Source: Candidatus Kapaibacterium sp. (GTDB taxonomy: Bacteria; Bacteroidota; Ignavibacteria; Kapaibacteriales; UBA2268). From it: a stretch of 64,000 bases of DNA. This document shows positions 58,553-64,000 of this stretch, in pieces (the first letter of the stretch is position 1; each line of letters opens with the position of its first letter). The stretch spans positions 1,152,001 to 1,216,000 of the forward strand of contig OY762428.1 in assembly GCA_963665665.1 (NCBI GenBank). Reading direction: 5' to 3'. The notes under the pieces are model-generated. The model was not told where the DNA came from. It made no database searches and was given only the letters and a program-made list of their open reading frames with translations. The position numbers and the translations under genes are program-made.

Positions 58553-59830
58553 ATGAGAACTATCCCATTTCTTCTGATTCTATTACTTTCAGCCACAATA
58601 GTATTGTCTGAAGAAGTCCGGAAAGATACGAAGGTATCTGCGCTAATAAAGCAGATAAAACCGGCCGAACCAAGCCCGGGAGATACTATCAGGATACAGG
58701 GCCTTAATTTCGGGCAGGAGCAAACTAACAGAAAATTGAATTTCGGATCCGTGCAGGCAGATAACATCATGTCCTGGAGCGATACACTTATAACATCAAT
58801 TGTCCCCTTAAATGCCGAAAGCAATATCTTTATCAGCTGCCATGTCAGCAATGATTACGAAGCTGAAATTAATGATACTTTATTCATTGCAATATTGAAA
58901 TTCCTTATCAAAATTTCTCTGTTTATCACTGTTCTTTTTATCTACCTGCAGGTGAACAAAATATGGAAAAGAAAGCACGAGCAGGAAGTAGCTGATTCCC
59001 AGTCGCTGTCCGGGCTTTTCATCTATGTGCTGAACTGCATACTATGGGTGCTGTTCTATGTTTTCGTGGAATATAATGTAGAAAGTATTATCGATACATC
59101 CGTGTATATTTTCCAGGGCGGCATTTTATTCCTGATAGGAACGGGCGTGTTCGTGAAAGGGCTTAGCAGGAAGACATTTACCGACCTGATAAAACGCTCT
59201 CTGCGCATTGAACGAAACGAGGCGGACTACTTGTGGAAAAGGATGTTCCGTCCTGTGGATGCCAAAAAGATTCTCGTACTACTCCACCAACTGGCAATGA
59301 TTGACGATCACCTTGATAAAAAGGAAATAAAAATACTTAAAAAATTTGCCGATGAATGGGGACTTGAATATAATCCGGACCAGATAAACCAAAACAGGAA
59401 GAACGGATCGCATAATTTTATTCAACTCAGGAATGACCTGCGGGATTATCTCGAAGATTTTCCCCCGAAGGAGCAAATATCCCACTTGCGTGAAATGATC
59501 GAAAAACTGATAATGGCAGATAAAAAAGTCAGCGAGGAAGAAGAACTGATCCAGGCGGAACTGCTTGGCCTGATCGATTCTTACCTGAACGGGGGCAATG
59601 GAGGAGATCTTTTCAACGTGGTGATAATTCCCCAGCAAACCGGCGACGACCAATCAATCAAAGTTCAGTACCCGGAAGCCGTGAAAATTGATTTCTGCGG
59701 AGGATATGCTTATTCAGTAGGCGAGTATCATTCAAAGGAATATGCCGCTATGGTCTGTGACGAATACAAGAAAAACCGTTTTCTCAGCGTGGTTAAGCTT
59801 CCTTTTAACGGCAACGAGGGTGTGATTTAA
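58553..59830 (+). CDS. Membrane protein: IPT/TIG-like + PQ-loop-like TM + TerB-like domains
   Basis: PGDTIRIQGLNFG...WSDTLI..IVP; YLQVNKIWKRK...S TM bundle; AMIDDHLDKKE and MADKKVSEEE TerB-like motifs. Confidence 0.65.
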   Translation: MRTIPFLLILLLSATIVLSEEVRKDTKVSALIKQIKPAEPSPGDTIRIQGLNFGQEQTNRKLNFGSVQADNIMSWSDTLITSIVPLNAESNIFISCHVSNDYEAEINDTLFIAILKFLIKISLFITVLFIYLQVNKIWKRKHEQEVADSQSLSGLFIYVLNCILWVLFYVFVEYNVESIIDTSVYIFQGGILFLIGTGVFVKGLSRKTFTDLIKRSLRIERNEADYLWKRMFRPVDAKKILVLLHQLAMIDDHLDKKEIKILKKFADEWGLEYNPDQINQNRKNGSHNFIQLRNDLRDYLEDFPPKEQISHLREMIEKLIMADKKVSEEEELIQAELLGLIDSYLNGGNGGDLFNVVIIPQQTGDDQSIKVQYPEAVKIDFCGGYAYSVGEYHSKEYAAMVCDEYKKNRFLSVVKLPFNGNEGVI

Positions 59831-59890
59831 TGATTAATATTGTTGCTTAGAATTAATTTCTTCTTCGTTAAAGAATTTTTCCAAAAAATT

Positions 59891-59914
59891 GCCCGGCATT
59901 TTTAAAAACCGGGC
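59891..59914. terminator. Hairpin between convergent genes
   Basis: gcccgg...ccgggc. Confidence 0.45.
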
Positions 59915-59948
59915 TTATTGAAAAATTAATATGAAACCTGAAGCTTTT

Positions 59949-60645
59949 TTATTCGCCGTAACCCTGGCCTTCGCACTCCCCATCCTCACAAGGTAATGGA
60001 TCGCCGGTAAGACAGTCGGTACATCCCGAATCAGAATCACATGTGGTTATTGATTCTACCACCGGTTCAGATACAGATGTTAATGTTTCGCCGGAAACTG
60101 CATCATAATACCTCGTACAATGATATACCCGGGCACAGCACTTATAACCGCATGTCTGCCAGTTATAAACATCCCAACACCAATGTACTTCTCCTTCAAC
60201 AATTCTTTGGGAATATTCTGCGTTAAATTCCGTTCCTTCGGAACAGCACGCTAATTGTTTATCTCCATCAAGCCTCATTACTGTTTTTACTTTGACTCTA
60301 CATTCTGAATAATAGTAAACCCTAACATCACAAGAATATGGGTCGGCATTATTTGGAACCAGATTTCGTACAGCTACTTCCTCAAGTAATTTTTTTAAAG
60401 CCAAATCAGGAGCAAAGTCCGAATCGTTATTAAATGATGTCCAATCCATTACGATTCTAAAACCATTATTATCGGTATTATAGAAGTAACCTACGTTTCC
60501 GCCGGAACCGCAATCATCAAAACCAAGATTAGCTGTTCCGTAATTCCAATTGGTAATGCCGGGAGGGCAGTCATCTTGCGCATTACAAATATTAAATGAT
60601 ATATAAATTATTAACCATATAATAAATAAACTTCGATACTTTCAT
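59949..60645 (-). pseudogene. Cys-rich secreted protein with a +1 frameshift just after the start codon (or a sequencing error)
   Basis: Removing one A from ATGAAAGTAT gives MKYRSLFIIWLIIYISFNICNA|QDDCPP... continuous with ORF 59949-60449; paralog of 62180-62860. Confidence 0.7.
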
Positions 60646-60662
60646 TACTATAAACCTTTAAA

Positions 60663-62171
60663 TTAATTATCTAATTTAATAAAATTCTCTGTTTTAATTT
60701 CACCTGCCGCGAACTGCAAGCGAATATAATAGCTCCCATCCGACAGGGAAGATATATCAATTTCAGAAGAGCGTGCTTTGCCCTCCAGCAGTTTTTCACC
60801 TATGGTATTAAATATCGAATAGGAATACTCCATACCCGAGCCGTTGATATTAATTATATCGCCAGCAGGATTAGGATAAAGCAAAGCTTGTACATTGGCT
60901 TTGTTTTCTTCCACGCCTGTAACAACGGATTTTGGCAATATAAGTATGCCGGATCCCAAAAGCAGCCAGAAAGCGTCGCCATGATCAATTAGTTTAATCC
61001 TTTTAGATTGAAGGGACATATCTTTGTAAAAAAACTCGAATGATTTTGTTAATGAAGCAATCCCTTCCTCTGTTTTATAGTAAGAATGAGACAGGATAAA
61101 CTCCGAATTGGCAATTATATCTTCCCAATTCAGTTCAATTAGCCTGTTACTCCTGTCGATATTATAAACTCTTTTTCTGCCAATAGCAAATAATCTATCT
61201 TCGTCAAGCCTTGCCATCATATATATTGGTTCTGTGGTTGAATCCTTGCCGCGTACAAGCCCGTCGGTTTCGTTGAATATTTTCCACGATCCGTCATCTC
61301 TTAACATTGACAATCCTGAGCAACAGCGATACACTCTATCCATTTGCAGAGATTTATAATAATACAAAGATCCCATGGCAAACCATATCTTGTTCTTGTC
61401 AGGGAATATCTGAGCCACTTTCCTGCTGTATAGCTTGCCTTCAGGCCATGTATCTGTTTGTAACCTCAGTCTTTGGAAACTGAAATCCTGGTTAATAAAA
61501 TATATATCATCGAGGATACCCTGTTGAATATCCTCGTCATCGTCGGAAAGTTTTCGGCTAAGAACAATTCGTCCGTCGGGCAGTGCGGCCATAACATAGC
61601 CAGAAAATCCGTCGGCGCCACATCTTTGAAAAATACCAGAGTTATTGATTCTTATAACTGTTTCAAACCGCTTCCCGTCGTAACGCAACAGTTCGCTGTA
61701 TTTCTCCGGTGATCCTGAACTAAAAATTTCGGTTGTCACCCAAACATTATTAAATTTATCAATACAAATTTCACCGTATGAACGGATATTCCTGAAACTG
61801 TCGTCAATAAATATCTCCCGCCATTTTCCATCATTATAATTATAAAGCGAATAACCGGAAACCCAGATACTTCCGGTTGAATCGTAATTAATCGTTGACT
61901 GAGAGCCGCTCACCTTTAAATACCCTACCGAATCGCCTGTAATAACATCTGAAGGAAGTTCAGTCCATTCATCATTTTTATTTATAATGACACCTCCCTG
62001 ATCAAATCCTGAATAATATTTCTTGTAAAATAAAACAGCTGTTTCTCCGCTTTTATATGCCATATTATAAAAACCGATATATTCAAGCCCATAATCAAGC
62101 ATTTTGGGTAATTGGCCGCAATTTAGAATTCCAAAACTCAAAAATAAAAATAAAATAATTATTTTATACAT
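60663..62171 (-). CDS. Secreted beta-propeller-like protein with T9SS CTD
   Basis: Signal peptide; D..G.IWV and DKFNNVWV propeller blades; LYPNPAGD...GSYYIRL...NFIKLDN. Confidence 0.85.
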   Translation of the reverse strand: MYKIIILFLFLSFGILNCGQLPKMLDYGLEYIGFYNMAYKSGETAVLFYKKYYSGFDQGGVIINKNDEWTELPSDVITGDSVGYLKVSGSQSTINYDSTGSIWVSGYSLYNYNDGKWREIFIDDSFRNIRSYGEICIDKFNNVWVTTEIFSSGSPEKYSELLRYDGKRFETVIRINNSGIFQRCGADGFSGYVMAALPDGRIVLSRKLSDDDEDIQQGILDDIYFINQDFSFQRLRLQTDTWPEGKLYSRKVAQIFPDKNKIWFAMGSLYYYKSLQMDRVYRCCSGLSMLRDDGSWKIFNETDGLVRGKDSTTEPIYMMARLDEDRLFAIGRKRVYNIDRSNRLIELNWEDIIANSEFILSHSYYKTEEGIASLTKSFEFFYKDMSLQSKRIKLIDHGDAFWLLLGSGILILPKSVVTGVEENKANVQALLYPNPAGDIININGSGMEYSYSIFNTIGEKLLEGKARSSEIDISSLSDGSYYIRLQFAAGEIKTENFIKLDN

Positions 62172-62179
62172 GAATCACC

Positions 62180-62860
62180 TCAATTAATTATCTCACAATT
62201 GGAATTACAAGGTATTAAATCGTCATTCAGACAGTCGGTATCACCATCCTCGCATTCATCAAAAGGATATTTTATGATATTTAGAATATCAACCCCAGCC
62301 AATCCGATGCCCTCGATATAATTGCACATTACAGAATATTGATACAAGCAACATTGGACATCACAAACTTCTTCATATTCAACTTTGTAGTACTTAGATC
62401 CGTCCTTTTCATACACAGTCATATCAGGCCCTGTCCAGCAATCGTCCTGGCATTCTATATAAGTATCATAGTATAACTTAAGGTAACAACGTTTTTTTAC
62501 AATACATGGGGTTTCCTCATAAAAAATAAATTCTTGACTTGGAAATGTGCAACCGGTAGAAAGTATATCCACAATTATTGCTTTATACATCATCTGCCTC
62601 AACTCATTATCAGTTAGATATGCTTTGTATTTGTTCAATTTCGACCAATCAACTATTACTTCAAATCCGTCTGAAAATTCCCTAATTTTAACATCAGAAA
62701 TTTCTCCAATTTTTTCAAGCGAATTTTCACCCAAGGTAACTGTTTCAATTACTTCCCACCCGGGATCACCTGATGACGGAGGACAATCCTGGGCAATAGC
62801 CGGATATGCACCCGCTACCAAAATAAAAAATAAACATACGACCGCAATTAGTTTTTTCAT
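62180..62860 (-). CDS. Cys-rich acidic secreted protein of unknown function
   Basis: Signal peptide AIA|QDCPP; 14 Cys in the mature part; GAGG RBS. Confidence 0.8.
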   Translation of the reverse strand: MKKLIAVVCLFFILVAGAYPAIAQDCPPSSGDPGWEVIETVTLGENSLEKIGEISDVKIREFSDGFEVIVDWSKLNKYKAYLTDNELRQMMYKAIIVDILSTGCTFPSQEFIFYEETPCIVKKRCYLKLYYDTYIECQDDCWTGPDMTVYEKDGSKYYKVEYEEVCDVQCCLYQYSVMCNYIEGIGLAGVDILNIIKYPFDECEDGDTDCLNDDLIPCNSNCEIIN

Positions 62861-63079
62861 AAAAACCTCTTACCAAAAATTAATAAAATATTCGCCAAAT
62901 AAGGCAATTTATTATGTTAATATTTTCAATTTATATTATGTCTTCCCAAAAATAATTAGGTCAACAAATTCATAACAGCGCTTATTTCATAAAACGTTTC
63001 AATTATTTATTAAATATGATATTTAAGTTTATATGCATCAAATGTAATAAATATATTTCTATATAACAAGTATTTTGTT

Positions 63080-63865
63080 TTATAATCTTACTAATATCCT
63101 TTTAATCATTTTCATCAATCTTTTTATTATGCTTTTCTTCTTTTTTTCATAAACCAATTTACCGGGCCATGCCCTGCGTACCTGCATTTTCCCTTTTATC
63201 ACATTGATGTTTTCCGGCGGCAGGCCGTGAGAATGCCATATTCGTACCAGCCCGCTAATTCTTTCACCAAACCCCCGGTAGTTATATGATATCGACAAAG
63301 TATATGGGTTGAAATCAAGCAATTCCATTGCCAGGGTAAAGAATGGCTGGTCATGCCTGTATCTATCCCGGTAATTGCTTGCAAGTTCTTTCCACTTGCT
63401 CAGAACAGCAGATACTTCCGGAGCAACGCTAAAGAAAATAACGCCTGAATTGTATTGAAGCTGTCCCTTGCAATCAATGTTTTCACTTTTCATAACGAAA
63501 TCAAATTTCATAAAGTAATCCAGGCTGTAGGCAGGAGCAGGGGCAACTGCAATTCCGAATTTCTCGGCTTTCTCAAATCCCAGGCTAATATCCTCTGTAA
63601 CCTGTGTATCGCTATCCAATAATAAAAATGAATCGTAGCCGGATGGCAGAATATCTATCAATTCCGTTTTTCTTAAGTGCCCGGATTGCTTAAAATCCAC
63701 CCTGGCCACTTTGGAAAAATGATCCTCCACCCTGACTGTATCGCTATTTTTATCGGTAATCAGAATTGTATCATAATTATCAAGCCATCTGCTTTTGGCA
63801 GACAATGCCGCCTGATTAACAAATTTCTCTCCCCAGGCTATATATAATACCGCCCTTCTTTGCAT
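63080..63865 (-). CDS. GT-A fold glycosyltransferase-like protein (GT8-like)
   Basis: LYIAWG, LITD, LLLDSDT (DxD), YNSGVIFF, DQP and YN motifs. Confidence 0.75.
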   Translation of the reverse strand: MQRRAVLYIAWGEKFVNQAALSAKSRWLDNYDTILITDKNSDTVRVEDHFSKVARVDFKQSGHLRKTELIDILPSGYDSFLLLDSDTQVTEDISLGFEKAEKFGIAVAPAPAYSLDYFMKFDFVMKSENIDCKGQLQYNSGVIFFSVAPEVSAVLSKWKELASNYRDRYRHDQPFFTLAMELLDFNPYTLSISYNYRGFGERISGLVRIWHSHGLPPENINVIKGKMQVRRAWPGKLVYEKKKKSIIKRLMKMIKRILVRL

Positions 63866-63869
63866 TATC

Positions 63870-64000
63870 TTATTTATCAAGGTTTAGTGTTTCAAGAATA
63901 TGATTTATCCTCAGTTCGTTATTTTTCTCGATATCGCCCTCGACAAACATCGGAACCTCCACAACATCATACCCGAAACGCTGATACATAGTTTTTGCCT
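63870..64000 (-). CDS. C-terminus of a gene truncated by the window edge (possibly AAA_28-like ATPase)
   Basis: Open frame AKTMYQRFGYDVVEVPMFVEGDIEKNNELRINHILETLNLDK*. Confidence 0.5.
   Translation of the reverse strand, partial: AKTMYQRFGYDVVEVPMFVEGDIEKNNELRINHILETLNLDK

Noticed and set aside
1-64000. CRISPR array, tRNA/rRNA, integrase, transposase, reverse transcriptase
   Set aside because: No regularly spaced repeats, cloverleaf motifs or catalytic signatures seen by eye; small RNAs cannot be excluded without a covariance search

Overview
Ordinary AT-rich bacterial chromosome with no rRNA, tRNA, CRISPR array, integrase or transposase recognised. The LpxC-FabZ fusion, Bat genes, six proteins with type IX secretion (T9SS) C-terminal domains and TAnnTTTG promoter boxes point to the FCB group (Ignavibacteria/Kapabacteria-like; this is inference). 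Housekeeping genes are mraZ, rsmH, tsaC, glgP, lpxC-fabZ, lpxA, ssb, queC, rpsD, a dCMP deaminase, gldA, batBCDE, a LonC-like protease and a PduO-type adenosyltransferase. They are interleaved with envelope genes and small toxin-antitoxin or defence modules. The most notable item is an ECF sigma factor coupled to a membrane-anchored, anti-sigma-like protein ending in a T9SS sorting domain, a possible secretion-coupled signalling system. Also notable: a coupled PLP enzyme / CDP-alcohol phosphotransferase / cytidylyltransferase triad that may be a Kennedy-like lipid pathway; a TonB receptor bracketed by a diverged duplicate of the tsaC 3' end; three nested palindromic repeats; a GLUG protein with an IPTL-CTERM-like tail; and a cassette of two Cys-rich secreted paralogs around a T9SS cargo, one frameshifted next to its start codon. 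All family calls come from motif recognition by eye; no database searches were run.
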